Shown piece after piece: positions 36,021-50,520 of a stretch of 64,000 nt of DNA (position 1 is its first letter; every line of letters starts with the position of its first letter). The stretch is from Takakia lepidozioides (lineage: Eukaryota; Plantae; Bryophyta). A program made the position numbers and the translations under genes. Where the stretch lies: positions 38,192,001 through 38,256,000 of the forward strand of contig CM060732.1 in NCBI GenBank assembly GCA_030704615.1, in the 5' to 3' direction. The notes beneath the pieces are model-generated. The model ran no database searches. It was given only the letters and a program-made list of their open reading frames with translations, and was not told the DNA's origin.

Positions 36021-39000
36021 TATCCTGCTATCGCTGAGTTCTTGCGGAGGTGGGTGATGAAACAAGCAAGTGCAAAGAGTCAATGATTACTCAAGCATGG
36101 TTGTTGAACATTCAACACACTGTTTTTGACAGCAGAGTGGATTAGACATTGCATGGAGCAGTAAGCATGTAAGGAAATCCTGAAAGGCAGGTTGGAGGTC
36201 TTGCCCTAGAAAAGGATCCATAAAAGTTAGGAAGACTGGGTGCTAGGAGAGTGACTTTCTTAGAGTTATAGGGAATTTGCATCCAACACCTATTCCTACT
36301 CTTGCCTCAAGAGCTGGAGAGGCTTTCAGATTGATTGCTTCAGACTCTAACCCACCAGATTTAGGGTGAACTAATACGAACCATTTTATACACCAAATGA
36401 CCTACAGGTTTCCCAAGAGCACGCGAGCTATGAATTCAACAGTGAGGATGGGATCATGCACAATAGTGAGGAGGGGACCATGCAAGGAACTCTTAACAGA
36501 TCGAGGACGCCGTGGCACATCAAGAAAAAGGGGCGACTTCCTTGAGTGAGGGGTTGGGGAGGTAGGACGACTTGGCGGTTTGACCTCCACAGTGAGTTTC
36601 ATTGCATGCTTTGAGAGACAACCTCTGTAGACTCGTTTCTTGCTCTCTCCTGTATTATTTGCTTGTAGAAACTTCTTCAAACCTGAAAAAATTATAGGTC
36701 AAACAACCCTAAGTGGAGATCACCTCGAGCAACTTTTTAAACGTTTTCACTTAAGAACTACAAGATTGAAGCATTGTATGCAAGAGGCCTAGCTGCTGGC
36801 TTGTTCCGGATTGTCATTGAAAACAAGTAATTAGACTATTTCCAGATACAAATTATACTCACAATCTGATTTTTCAGTCAGTTTGTAGCAAGAGCGACTC
36901 TCATCAACAAGCATTTCAGTGAAAGCCTCATCGCCCAATGAAGTACGCTGCACCAACACGTCAATAGTTGTTTGGTTAGCTTCAGGAATATATATGTACA
37001 CTTGGACACTTTTAAGATTCCAAAAGTCTATTAAAATACTTGTGGTATGTGCTTACCACTACAGAGTCGTCCTTGTAATCCTTTCGATTGAAGTTGGTGT
37101 GTGCTTTTGGCCCAATAATTTTGAGGGCTGCTCTGTCTTGTGCTCTGCAAGTCACGGTTTGCTAGTAATTTGGTCAAACCAGCGCCAACCCTCACTTCAG
37201 ATGGAAATTACTTCTACTCTCAGTTCTGAAAAGGGAAATCAAACCTAGGAACTGACCTTGCTGCCAGCTCTTTAGTATCCCACGCTCCTGCATGGATCCA
37301 GATCATTTGGTATGGTCAGAACAATATAGTGATCAGAGGTAGAATTGTAGGTCTACATGAATGCAAAATAATTGCTACTCAATTAAAATGCAACTTCGAG
37401 GCTTGAAACCCTCGATTGAAAGATAACAAGAACTCACCAAGGTAGATTCGGCGGCGAGGGCAACTGAAACATAACAGCACAAACCCCAGATCAGAAACAG
37501 TTGAACAGATGAGTAAAAACCTTGACAGTCCAAGAAACTATGTTACCCATGTGGCATTTAGCTCAGTACAGAGAAGAACTTGGGATTAACATACTAGTGG
37601 AACAATTTCAAGGTTCCCTTGGAAAAGAGGCAGACATAGAGTCCAAGCTCTATGTCCAAGTTTGAAGCCTTACTAGATAATTAAGCACAAGACACTAGCA
37701 TAAACTCGTCAATGTGGGACTTTCTCAGAGACTAGTTGCAAACCACAGGCAACCACCTTAACCACGAACCCCATTTGCCGGTATTCTTGTAACGGCTGAT
37801 ATTTGTGCCATAGCGGGTACATTTGGTAGATTTCTTTGCTGACAATTTCTTTGAGTGGTTGCGTGAAGGCGCCATAGCCAGCTCCCTTCCTGAAGAAAAG
37901 GGGATGGTGTAGCTGAGCACATACATTTCAACGTAACAGGAAAGTTAGCTTATTTGTCCATACCAAAGAGATAAGAGTAGAGATCAGTTACACGCACATA
38001 ACATTCAATATAGTACAGCTGCAAGGCAAGTATTTCAGAAGCTGACCACCCTTGATTGCAGGAAAGATTTGAGAAGTATGAGAATTCTCTGACTCGAATA
38101 GAAATAGATTCAACTAAACTTAAATAGCTTCCTCAGGAAGATCAAGACGTTCAATGGAATCAAGCATAACTCCCCTACGTTTGACTAATATAGATTATCT
38201 GTCTCATAAGAAGAAGAATGAAATGCACCCATCCGAGCTATATAAATTTTTGAAAACGTGGTAGTTGAGCTACTTCCTTGAGTTCTGACACAATTTGTTA
38301 GAAGTTAAAGTCCATCTGGAAGCAGCAGTACTGCACCCCAAGTGTACTCAAGATCTCGAAAGTCTAAACTTCACCAGTCCACTCAATGAACCCTGGAAGT
38401 GGAAACACTACTTGAGCCCAAAGAGAATCATGATGCGGACCTAGAACCCATTGAGCCTATTTCGAAAAAGGAAGATTGGAAGCACCCTACTACTATGAAC
38501 TTGAGATGACGATACTTCACCTGAAATTTGAGGAACAGACCCAATATGTGCAGACTGCTACCGTCTGATGCCTAGCTGCCCGATGAAGAAGTGCTCCCCC
38601 GAGAACTCCTACTGTGCTCTGGGTGACGAAGGTGAAGAAGAAACACTGTGTTATCTGGAGAGAAAGAAGAAGCAACAAAGTGAGGCTCCATTGGAGGCCT
38701 TACAATCAGTAATTTCTCTGCTGCTATAGAAAGAAGAACTGAACTATAGGGATCGCTATGTACGGACAATAACTCTGCTGCTCTGAATCAGATCAAAGGA
38801 AAAGAAGAATATTGACTACCGCTCTCCTGCAAACGAGAGCATCAAGCATGAAAAGAAGGAAAATTAGAGGTGGCAGAACTGCTGATCTACTGTACAAAAG
38901 TACAATGCTGACTCTGTAAACCTGATGCGCTGGAAATGAGAATGACCTGGAGAAGAAATTCCTTGGAGAAGAATTGGGTAGCTTGACACAAAGAAGGCGC

Positions 39001-41672
39001 TGCTCTTATGAAGAAACTGCAGATCTCCTCGAGACCATAGTCAGCTGAGAATAAAATGTGTTTCCTGCATATCTACTGCACTCTTATGTGGGTCAAGCAA
39101 CCTACTCTATTCCACCGCTAAATTGGAGTTCAACTCTTTGCCTGCTGGAAAACGCTGGAAAACGCTGTGGTTGCAAAATTCACTCAAAATGCTGCAGTCC
39201 AGAAATCTCACCTGGGACTCCACTCCCCCACTCCGTTCTGGTGGGAATTCCACTCCACTCGTTGAAGAACTGGAATTCAATCCTTTTCCGCTGGAGAAAA
39301 CTGCTGTGGTCGAGAAATCTGCTCACTCAGTCGCTAAAACCGACTGCAGCCAGTCTACAAAATTAAACCCTGGATCTACTCTTTTTGCTTGGAAAAGAAG
39401 CAGCAAAGTTTGCTGATTGTTATAGCAGCGATAAAGAGCCCTCTCCACCGATAAGAAAGCCACACGAATTTTGAGGCTACCCTACCACCCACACGACAGG
39501 AGTCTCGCTTGGAGGAAGACTGATCTGTGGCAGGGTCATATCGTCATATCCCCATCTGACCTCCCATCTAACGGTCCAGAAATAATATGCGCATCTAACG
39601 GTCGTCATGGCGAAGGAAGTTCCTCCGTGTACACTCCCTATTTACTTACTCCCATCATTGCATTTTGTCTCTCTCTCCTCCCACTCAGATACTCTAAGCA
39701 AATTATTTCCTCATTTTCAAACTAATCGATTGGTTGTGCTTGTAGATAACGGATACGTGGACCATGGTCCCAGCATCTTTATCTTCTCACTGCAACTAGA
39801 GGCGAGAGCCTCTCGAGTCAGTGTCAATATTGGGAGATGTGAAGGACGCACGACTAGCACAAATATTATATTTTAGTCTGTACTTGGGCCACAACCATTA
39901 ACTTCTCCATCGCCATCTGGGTGACGTTTCACCAATTTGGCTGACACGATCAACAGTGCACGATCAGAGTTAGGCTGGTCTTGGCAACTGGATAATAACT
40001 TAGTGGACATGGATCGAACCCCTCTAGAACCATCGCTACAATCCCCAACTGCATTTGAACGATTTGTAGACAGCTAACTAACCTTACCAAAAAGGATGTC
40101 AAAACTCTTGACTGACAGGTGCTTTAAACTATCTGTACTCAACTGCTATAACAGTTGATGCACACAATTTTGTATGAATGCTGCCCATATTGTGTGTGTA
40201 TTACTTTATAACTTAATTATCCATAGCTCTCCTTTCCAATATTGCAGAGCTCTATCAGCTCATTGATCTGTAGGCAAATGATCTTGTTTCCAGAAAGAAA
40301 CCGGCCACACGCATATATATGAGTGCAATGGGTTTGGAGTTCAGGACTTGAAGCTGGTGAGCTGCAACAATGTTGTTAGCTGCCAGCAGAAGTATGCACT
40401 TTACAGCTGATCAGACCTCTTTAATTTCTTTTCTCATGTACCAGCTGTTGGCTCTAGTAGAAGTTTCCGTGCTACTTCAGCTGCAGTGCACGGCCCAAGA
40501 GCGAGCCAAGAGCGCACATGTAGATCCATGCATGGAGTGCAGAGATGTTTGTGCCAAGAGAGACTACTAACGCACCTCCAGTGAGGAGACCCAACATACA
40601 CGAATACAGAAGTAGATACCTACCGATCTCATACCTACCTAACCACGGTTTTTCAAATGCATATAGCTAGTTTCTGTTGTTTTTGCAAAGCCCTCATTGT
40701 TTGCTTTCATTCATTTGAGCCAAAGAATGACATCCAAGAATACATAGTTTAATAGTTGTAATGGATGAGAACATTCATACACTGAGCCTGGATTTGGAAT
40801 TTTGATGTCGAAATTGTGTCACTGAAATACCATCTGGACAGTATTTTGAACAACTGAATGAACAGAAAAATATTTAGGTTTTTACATTAAAGAGCTAATG
40901 AGAGTTTCGAGGCTCGAGGATTGAAGAGACTGATTTTCCTTGGAAACAAAACAAGTAGACAAAAGACGTCATTGTCGAGATCAGGGCATTCATGTGGCGG
41001 TCACTGCTGGTTTAGAATGCGCGCCACTAAGTTACGCATGATTCTAGCGAGACTCATGAAGATTTTTTGGGAAATGTCGAAATTGCACTCCGGATGCAAG
41101 TGAACTGTGCGTCTGCTATAGTGATGTTGAACCCCCATTTCAATGTCCACTCATTTGGTGGAGGTTGCATGATTAGCTGGAAGGGCTCGAACTAGTAAAT
41201 TGCATGTCCAACACTTGCAGGGTTTCTTTTACGTTTGAAAGTGTGAGGCATTTGCTCTGCGAATCCGGGTCCTGATCAAACAAAAGGTCCTACTCTCTGG
41301 AACTTCTGAAAAGCATTCAACGACACATGTATGTCCAAGTGCAATGTTTTGGAAGTTTTAATGAGCACCTAGTGAGTCAAAGTACGGTATCTGTTTGGAG
41401 TTATGATTAATGTGATGGTACTGGTACTTGAAGGCCTACAATTTGTATACTCGAGCGATGAACATCGATCTACACTGATGATTCTTCATGGTCGCATTAA
41501 TTTCTGTTTGAAACATGCATATTTTGTGGATGAAAGAGAAAGAGATCTAATCTTGAAAGATTTCACTGCACAATTACATACACGTGGGCCGCGGTTGTCT
41601 ATCGTTTCAGAAGTTTGAACAAATATGTGCAGCCTCCCTACTTCAGAGCTGAGAGGAGCGAGAGGCTACATT

Positions 41673-42890
41673 CTAATACCCAAGAACCTCAGGAGCTGGT
41701 AGGCTCTGCAGTGCTAACGAGGAGTCACGATGGAACTTACGGGCAAAGAGGAAACAAGGAGAGTCAGGAACGCCGTTATGGACACAAGAGACGGTTGTGT
41801 TGTCGGCTGCAGTGTCATGGTGGGCGCCATCTGTGTCACTAGTGCGACTTTGGAGATCCTGCACAAAGGATGCGCTGATGGAATTCTTGTCAAAAGTGTG
41901 TGGCGATCCCCCATGCGGTTCAGACCAATCCACATACATGACAGTGCGGTTGGCAATCCCATGTCGATCCTTCAAATATAGCATCGTTTGAATGTACTGC
42001 TCGTCTCTCACACAGAACCACGTGCATTGAGCAGCAAATTTGAAGTAGATTGTAGTCTCAGCCACAACCATCATTGCGTGCCTCCGCTCCAATGCCATCC
42101 AAAACTCGCCTTTTCGAAGATCCTGAATAGGAAATTCTGGCATCGTCTCCCAGCTATAGTACCTCTTCACGGGGTGAAAAGACTCCACAAAGCTCACTTT
42201 TGACTGTGTGAGGTATTGGTACACAAATGGCAACCCTCGCAGTGGAATGGTAGTTTCACACACATTGATAAACCAGGAATTGTTTACCCGTTGATCAAGA
42301 AGAGCATAGGCTAGCAGTCTTTTTACAGCATCCACCAAGCCAATGGAAAAGCGAACAGCTGGTCTACTTGGAATCTCCTTCCCGTGGAAAATGGATCCTG
42401 GAGCATATGTGTATCCTGGTATAGCATGCACATAAATTGAGTGGAGATCCTCGTGTCCTCTGAAAAATCTTCGCCATAGAGGCTCGTGGTGAATGTCACC
42501 TCGAACTAGGAAAAGAAAGGCAACTCTTGGTTCGCCTGCAGGTAAGGGCCTCTTTGCTGCATCAGACGCAGCTGTGAAAAGTTGCGCATCAGTCAAATTG
42601 TATCGACGCAATACGTAATTATCACTCATATCCGCAGCTTGTAGCCCTTGGTGCTGAGAGAGGGGTACAGAGATTACACCTGAGTACAACCACCTTGCTC
42701 CCAGAATTGATCCGACCAGAGTGCCTAAGAGCAGACTGCAGACTGCAACAGTCACTTGCCCTCGACCAACCTTGTCTCGCTTCCTAACAATGCCCATAGC
42801 TGCTTTATCCCACATTGAGTGGGTGCTGTCCTCTATGCCCGGTTCATGCTCTGGCTCTGCGCGCTTTTGGAAACGGATGATCCACAGCAT
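41673..42890 (-). CDS. Core-2/I-branching beta-1,6-N-acetylglucosaminyltransferase-like (DUF266/BC10-type, GT14-like) type II membrane glycosyltransferase; intronless
   Basis: 405-aa ORF with an N-terminal TM helix and family motifs RVAFLFLVRG, LWRRFF.GH, SIYVH, DA.KRLLA.ALLD, ETTIPL, RKGEFW..L.R.HA, DEQY, YVDWS..G.P and FLFARKF. Confidence 0.9.
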   Translation of the reverse strand: MLWIIRFQKRAEPEHEPGIEDSTHSMWDKAAMGIVRKRDKVGRGQVTVAVCSLLLGTLVGSILGARWLYSGVISVPLSQHQGLQAADMSDNYVLRRYNLTDAQLFTAASDAAKRPLPAGEPRVAFLFLVRGDIHHEPLWRRFFRGHEDLHSIYVHAIPGYTYAPGSIFHGKEIPSRPAVRFSIGLVDAVKRLLAYALLDQRVNNSWFINVCETTIPLRGLPFVYQYLTQSKVSFVESFHPVKRYYSWETMPEFPIQDLRKGEFWMALERRHAMMVVAETTIYFKFAAQCTWFCVRDEQYIQTMLYLKDRHGIANRTVMYVDWSEPHGGSPHTFDKNSISASFVQDLQSRTSDTDGAHHDTAADNTTVSCVHNGVPDSPCFLFARKFHRDSSLALQSLPAPEVLGY

Positions 42891-44566
42891 TCCCCTCCAG
42901 CCAATGGTCTCATTTGCTTACCTAAGGAGGAAAACATGTGTATCACTAGTCTAAACTTGAAAGAAATTAAACTGTTAGACCCAGGACACAGGGAGAGTCC
43001 GTATCTAGGCCGTATCTCAGTCTCACTTGAGGCCTCTAGCTACGTGAGAGACGTGCTGCATAGGCGCTGTTAAGCCAACCATGAGCAACGTTCATGTGCA
43101 AATGTCGCCCACAAAGCAACGTGCGGTTTCTGTACTGTTCAACCGCTGGACACATCCTCGCAAGGAAGAAGCGACTTCCTGAAGAAACACAAAAGAAAAA
43201 AGCTTGCCTCTTTAGCAACGTGATGGGTAGTCTGTCTGAATGCCGTACCATCGAACTGCGATTGGCTGTAGACCATAGTCAGCCAGCAGATCTCGAAGCC
43301 AGTTAGCGATGGCTTGATAAGGAACAGAAAATCTGCTTTTTAATCCTCTAACAACTGCAAAATCTGCTACATTGCGTGTGCCCATGCTTTTGGTGGGGCC
43401 TCAATCGCTGGCCAGGATGTGATGTTTTGACATGAAAATGTTCACAAATCAAGAGGGAGACGCATTCGGACTGCTGTTGAACGGTTTTCAGACATTGGAG
43501 ACATGTGGGTCCGGCTGCATCCGTTACCTGTTATTGGCTCCTCCCTTTGAGAGAGACCACGCATGATCGGTGCCCAAACCAAGCATATAACCCCTACCAG
43601 ACAATGCCTGCTTGAGGAGGATATACCTCCTCAATCATACGTTCTCATGTTCCCATGTTCCTTCCAGCTTTCCAAGATGATAACAATGCCTTTTGGGAAG
43701 TTCTAATGGATGCATCAGAGGGGGCGCCTCAAATCCAGGAAAATCTGGTAGGTTTTCTTGTTGAAAGCACCCCACACGGAGTAGTCTGCTATGAGCACAC
43801 CAACTTCCAAACAAGTTAGAGGTATTCACAACTGCTAATTTCTTATGAGAGCTTTAAGCATGATAATTCACACAGTACGTGCCCATCCTACTTCCATGCT
43901 TAGCTTGAGCTTTGCACCAACCAGGAAGGTCAATCGCAAAGAACGAGATATTTGGAGACAAAGTGTTACAGTATCCCAGTATCTCTCTTACCGTTTTTCG
44001 CAGAATCGTTTTCCTGATAATGATGCGGAGTCCGTCCTTGGCTGGGCGACACTTGATCGAAGCGAGACGAAGCCTCAAACTTACGATGGAAGGTTTTGGA
44101 TTGTGGTGTCATTTGTCTCCTTTATGAATCTAGTCTCCTGTAGTGTGGAATTGGAGGGTGGCACTGTGGCTAACCAGTTACCAGACAAGAAGAATGCAAG
44201 TCACCATCTTCAACTGAACAAACTCGGTGCAGTTAGTACAATTAATTTCACTTGTACAAAACTGGTCATCTATGATCTATGCATATGGCTATGTTCAGCT
44301 AGTTCTGATTCAAATTGAAATTCCAATTCATCAGTAGAAGGTATGACCTCCAAAATTCGCCACATCCGTACCTTTCTTTTGATTGAATGCAGCTCACCAT
44401 GGATCTCAGTTTCAACATGCTGCTTCTCAGGTGTGCACCTCAACCACCAATGACACTACCAGTGTAAAATCAGTTCTGTCACATCAATAGGCATGACTGT
44501 AGCAGTGTGGTCTGGCATGTCGTGGAAATCTTGCATGGTTGGAAAATAGTACCAAAAAAAAGACCG

Positions 44567-47500
44567 TTACGTTATTAGAGAGAGAGCTGCTGCAACTCCA
44601 TGAAGAGATCCTGTGACACAAACTACTTGTCGGCTGTTTGTTAGCCCAACTCTCTCATTCAATTTGGCCATTGCTTCTTTGATTGCCACATCCATGGGCT
44701 CTACCTCTACCACCATAATCAAGCCTTCAGGCCAGCGTGCCCTTTTGGCCACGCCTTCACTGTTGTTCTGAATAACCTTTAAACTTAATGTTAGAGCCGC
44801 CTTAATCCACACGCTTGCCAATTCAGCTGCCGAGGTGGACCGGTCAGGAACTGCACTCTTCACAACATGGGGCAGCCCATGTGGAGTAAGGCCTTTCAAC
44901 TCCTTGTCCACCATAGATTGCATTTCGACCCTCTTCTACAAAGCATCCTCCACAGGAAACCAGGTGTTGTCCAGTTGCACATTACAAATGAGCATATAAA
45001 CAAACAGGAGACACGAGTGTAAACATATATAATATAGACAGTTTGCACATGATGGGGTGGTCAAAACTGGTGCATACCTGAACAGCCCCATTTGGACGAC
45101 GGCCTCTCGTGGTGACAACAACATCTGGTTTTGCCTCTGCACATTTGCAAGAACTTTGAAAATAAGGTGCTGCCATCTGGTACACAATTCTGCAGACCTT
45201 AGCTTATGATGACCACACCTCTTACAGTTTGCACAATCTGTGTGCCAAGCTTAGGATTTGTGAAGTAAAGCTGTTTTCCCTCAGAACCTGGCAGAGTTCC
45301 TCAAGGAGAGCTTTCAGATAACTACAGTCAACATTTGTAGTCTGGTCGCCTCCATTATTCCCACCTTGCCATTGGGAATGCATACAGAAAACTTGATGTG
45401 TCCAGTTATGTGCTTTCCCAGACTCACTGCTCAAAGACCCCTTCCATCCTCCCCTACAAGAACAGGTAGTAGTTACCCTCTGTTTTTCCTACTGTCTGAA
45501 TCCACTCTCCATCTGCAAAGAGAGGAGGTAAGCGGAGATTTCAACCCACAAATGGAGAGAAAAACATCTTAATTGGGCTGTAGAGTATGAACACTGGCTA
45601 TGCCTGTCCCTTGAGAGGATAGTCTCTGCAGCAAAACAAACCCCCAAGAGCCGACTATGGGATTCCAAACCAACAGGGTCAAACAGCTTTTGCTCTTATA
45701 CAGCCACTTGCAATCAAATTCTAAATGTTGACTATTTGATTTGATATTGACAATCAGCTATAAATTAAAACACCAATTTTTCACTGCTGCAAAGCCCTCC
45801 ACCTTGCTAGTCACTGTAGGGACTTGAGGGAGAGATTCCCTGACAGAATACAGATTAACTTGAACGCAAGTCTAAGAGAACAGAGCTATACTGGGCGGCC
45901 ATGCTTGATGATGCCAGCCTTGGCAAGGGTAATAGTTTCCAGGGAGCCACCCAACGCTGCCAAATGCTCACAGCCAATACCCACTATGACAGCTGCTGCA
46001 AGTCCCTCGGGCGGAATCACATTTGTTGCATCTCGAGCTCCCCCTAGCCCTGTCTGCCACCAGATAACAAACATGAAGTTGACGATTAGATTGTGAATTT
46101 TATCACATCTCCATTTTTAGTCCAGTCTTGTATGCAATACTTGTTCCAGAGTACAATTGATTAGAGGGCATCACCAATCCCTACCATTTAACTCACAGAA
46201 ACTAAATTAGCTACATGAAGGTGACTCATTAGACTATATTTCAAGAACATCTGTGGACAATTTCTGAGTTCCATAACAGAAGAATATGAAAGAATGAAAG
46301 TAGCTGCCAGAAACAACCCCTCGTTCATCCTCATCTGTGATACGTGCAACCACTCAGTAACAGTGTTACAGTGGTCCATCGAAGAGTCACAGAAAGAATC
46401 GTATGCATTTTAACAAAAATGTAAATACCCCCTGAAAACAGGGAAGATTTGGACCCTGTGGCTTCTCAGGGTTTTCTGATAAATCTTTCCAGTCTTGTAC
46501 AACTTACAAGATCCCAAAAATATACCTCAATCACTGCCACGTCGACCTTCTTCCTTGCAAAGTGCGTAAATGCTAAAGCTGTCAATATCTGGCATATCCG
46601 ATATGTATACCTTCAGCCCATTTCAAGAAAACCAACAGTGGGCACAATAAAAAGTACAAACGCAGTAAAAATGATCAACAACCATGCACACTAAGAAATT
46701 CTTTGCCTTTACTCCATGGATCAACTCAACACTTTCATCTCCAACTCTTAACAACCTCTAGAGAACAATAGGTGCAAAATGCACACAGGGTCTAGTCACC
46801 TCAAGACACCTCAAAGTGAGTGAGAGATCCTGACTCCTCCGCAACAGCCTCATCGAGTGTTGCCCGCACATCTTCGAAGAGCTTTCCTAGAGATGCCTCA
46901 TGCACTGGATCTCCTGTTGTGCCTGCCGTTATTCTCTCTTGAATACTGAAAATGTGTGGGCTGCCATAATGTGTTTCCACCACAAATTCATCAATATGGA
47001 TTTGAGCCTTCTGATCCTCTTGAACTATTTTACTCCTCCTGAGAGTAACAAAACCCTTGCACTGTTGATTAAATAACTGGTACTGACCAGAAAGCTCTTT
47101 GTTGATCCACTCACTGGCACTGTTGGCTTTGATCCAGCACAAATAAGATAGAGAGAGAGAAAAGGGAGGGCGGAGGAGAGGGAGGGCAACCGGATAGTGT
47201 GACAGTGGATCACCAAGCCGTGCAAGGAGCCGGTGCATTCGTTGAAGATCAAAGCCAACATTTGAATCTGTGCCTGCCCCTTGTGGCACGCCCTGTCTCT
47301 CATAATTTCGAAGCTTATCCAAATACCTTAAAAATTGTGCCACCCCACCCCTCTCACCTTCCCACCCACAAAAACACTCATTAGACTTACTTGCCATCAC
47401 CTTGTACCCATGGACCCCACATGGGTTATGAATGGAGCACAAAAGAGGAGGAAAGGTTGAGAGGGGATGGCAGGAGAGTACACGACGGTCATGGAAAGCT

Positions 47501-47801
47501 TAGGGGATTCACCTTCACTGCATTTTGCAGAGTACATTGCAATGCATCATAATGTGCCTCCCCACCAAGATTGGAAATGTGGATTTCGGACAGAGAGGGA
47601 CAGAAAGAACTAATTAAATAAGCCCTTACACGAGGAGGAAGAGAGGGAAAGTGACATCATGAGTGTAGGTGGCCTACCGTCTGTCCTAGTCGATAGACTT
47701 GAAAGTGCTCTCAAGTCCACTAGCTCCTTGGCCTGTCTACGACCCGGATACACCTGCCCGCGTGACTTGAAGAGACACAGGGATATAAGCCTGCCTGCCA
47801 T
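44567..47801 (-). pseudogene. Dihydrofolate synthetase (FolC/DHFS, GLA1-like) copy lacking the P-loop exon and central exons
   Basis: Exons: 47801-47678 (transit-peptide-like), ~47358-47191 (LRNYERQGVPQGAGTDSNVGFDLQRM), 46960-46810 (PHIFSIQERI...LTHFE), 46588-46526 (ILTALAF...VAVIE), 46053-45892 ([12 protein letters not shown]...[11 protein letters not shown]...KAGIIK) and a last exon RSTS...VTGSLH. No GTKGKGST, HQ..NA or DGAH motifs were found. The last acceptor reads CG instead of AG. Confidence 0.8.
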
Positions 47802-49919
47802 GGTCTTCGCCAACACCCTTTTACTCAGTTCCATTGATTTCAATTAGGATTGATAAAATATGTGACCAGGGATCAGCGATGCGGTGTTCTATCATAACCA
47901 ATTCATCCATAGCTCGAGGTTGGTTTCCCTGTTCGCAAAATTGAAGTTTTTGGGAGCCGTGCTCATGAAACTTTGTCTTGCGCTCATGGAAAATGCGAGC
48001 GACTTCTGTTCGATTTGTTCAAATTGTCTTCATGTTTACCTTGTGCTCCATGTGTGCCTCTATGCTGGGTGTTCACACATCTGCATCTAGTAGAGCGGTT
48101 TCAGTTGCAACCTTTGATCCGGATGGGAAAGTCGTCTGGGCTTTGCATCCGTATTCTTAGCTCGGAGTCCGTTGTCTGACAGTCAGATTTAAAGTAGGGT
48201 TGACAATGACACATAGAAAAGTAGTAGAAATGCCCTCTTGCAATTCGTCCTTCTGGCCTCTGATCTGGCGTTCTCGATTGAAAGGGTGATCGTGAAACAT
48301 TTTTGCCAACTCTCGAAGTGAAGAATTCAAAATGTGAGAGCGAGAAGCCAGACCTTGGGCACGATTGTGTCGTAATCTCGATGAGCTCAGGCCGTACCAG
48401 CTGCGACACCATGTTTCTGCACCCAGACCCCAGGTCAGGATTCTTGCGCTGCTTAGCTCCTTGCCTGCCCATATCCGCTAAGCTCCTCCATCATCAATGC
48501 ATAGTATAAGAGCATCACACTGACTCCAACGTAAGAGGACGATAAAAAACCCCGAATGAAACTAAACAGAAAATCCACAGATCTGAGCAGGGTCGCCAAC
48601 ATCAAACTAGGTAGTAACCAAGACTAATCCTTAGGAGTCCAGCTGAAGTTGGCTAAACCCTTAAACCCAAAGACGGTTAGCCGACATTGTACATAGATGG
48701 TGACACTCATGATAGAAGGTAGAAAGGCAAGCAGAGATCAAGACGACGGTGAGGAAATGAGAGAGGGGAAATTTTGCATGTGCTGGGACGGGAAGTGGGA
48801 GGTCTGCAAAGAAGCAGCCAGGCTCTCTTTTCGGCGACGTTTTGGGGACAGGAGCAGAATAGAGATTGATATGTCCTTGGAAAAGACAGAAGGAAGGAGA
48901 CGTATAATATGCAGCAGCAAATGACGGTTCGCACCCATACGTGATCCTTGAGCAGGTTGATCGTTTCCAATGTACAGAGGAGCCTGCTGGTACAATTGTT
49001 TCTTGCATCGGAGCTCGAAGCAGAGAGCGCAAGAGGACTCCATACCAAACGCCCCGTCCTCTTGTTTGGGTCAGGTGAAAGGCCTCGCGTGAGGCAGCGG
49101 ATTAAGGGGCTGGGCTGTGCCGTCATCCATAATGGCAATGCACAGCGGACGGAGTCCCCTGCATTTGATGGTTATGGGGCATTCCAAACCATCAGGGATG
49201 CCACTGAAATTATGTGATACCACGATTTTCTTTCTTGGTCTCGCTGAATCCTCCTTGGGGTGAAAGAAAAGCTAGCTGCTTTTTGACACAATGTCAGGGA
49301 CAATGTGGTGAGGGCACCTCCTTGTTCAACACATTGACGTTTGTTTGGTCCTCTTATCAGAGCCATCCCTAATTTTTCATGCTGAATTCTGTAACTTAGC
49401 TCGGCAGTTGGACGTATGGTGGTTTGGAATGATTTTGACCTGTTACTGCCAATGTGGCAACAGGCAAATATCCAGAAACGGAAGACAAAGAGAAGCTTTG
49501 GAAGGATATGGAACGACAATCGAGGCAAAGAGGAATGCCTGTTATGTCACAGAGAGAAGCAGACTACAAGTTGCATCACAAAAGTTTCTTGCAAATTGTC
49601 ATCCTAGCTCTTTCCCCAACATATTTTTAGAGTCTGGGGGGCAATTCAACTTAGGAACTAGTGTGTGATATATAGACAAGATTTAGGCTGTCATTGTCAG
49701 CTGCTAGCAGCAAGGGTCTATGCAGCGGGGGATAACTGAAGGTGGGAGGGGTGGAGTGTTTGTGCAGATTCATCTAAGAGGGCCAGATTTCAAGTGCAAA
49801 AGTACCCATCATCCCCTGTGGATTGATGGCTATAAGAAAACCGTACGGGTAGATGGTCAACTGGAAGCAGCAGCGGCGGCACAAATGTTGACCATAGTTT
49901 CTAGAAGAGGAACAAGAGA

Positions 49920-50520
49920 GGGACCTCTTCTGGCACTTCTGGGCATGTGAGGACACTATATGAGGCAGGACCACTGAAGGAGGCTCTACAAATTTTGAAC
50001 AAAGGAGGCATTTAAAGTGGATTCAAGCCAAATGTTCTTCTACACAACACCCTGTATGTTAAATGCAGGAGCGTCATGGATGCACACCAAGTGTTCAACA
50101 AAATGCCTGAACAAGTTTTGATCATGTGGGTGGTTACCCCATTCCCCAGTCGGACTTTAATGGTGGCAGGACTTACCAAGCATGGGCATGGTAAGAATGC
50201 TTCAGACACATATGAGCAAATGATGCAGGAAGGGGTGAAGCCGAACTGGGTCACACTTGGTCACATCATGGACATTTCACCGTGGTCACGTCATCAAACC
50301 TGGAGTAGTAACAGTCTGAACTACCCTCGTTCAACCTGTTGAACCCAATGTGGTGCGATGATTGCAGGATATGCCTAGCATGGGTGTGGGATGGAGGTTT
50401 TGGAGACCTATGAGCACATTCACACACAACGTGCAGCAACATGTAGTCAACTGGGATGAACAGGATGCCGCGACTTATGTGTTCTATCAAACAACTATGC
50501 TGCAACTGGCAGGTGGGATC
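49920..50520 (+). pseudogene. Heavily deleted PLS-E PPR pseudogene, paralogous to the 33-kb PPR gene
   Basis: GFKPNVLLHNTLYVKCRSVMDAHQVFNKMPE resembles 33385-33485. Also present: the P motif AGLTKHGHGKNASDTYEQMMQEGVKPNWVT, MIAGYA*HGCG, and an E2 remnant DAATYV..SNNYAATGRWD, with frameshifts. Confidence 0.85.

Noticed and set aside
36100-40000. Probable decayed repeats or TE interior
   Set aside because: No diagnostic termini or protein motifs could be identified with confidence.
48101-49140. Transit-peptide-like ORF (MPLWMTAQPSPLIRC...) with plausible splice sites
   Set aside because: No recognisable mature domain could be linked to it, so a gene call is not supported.
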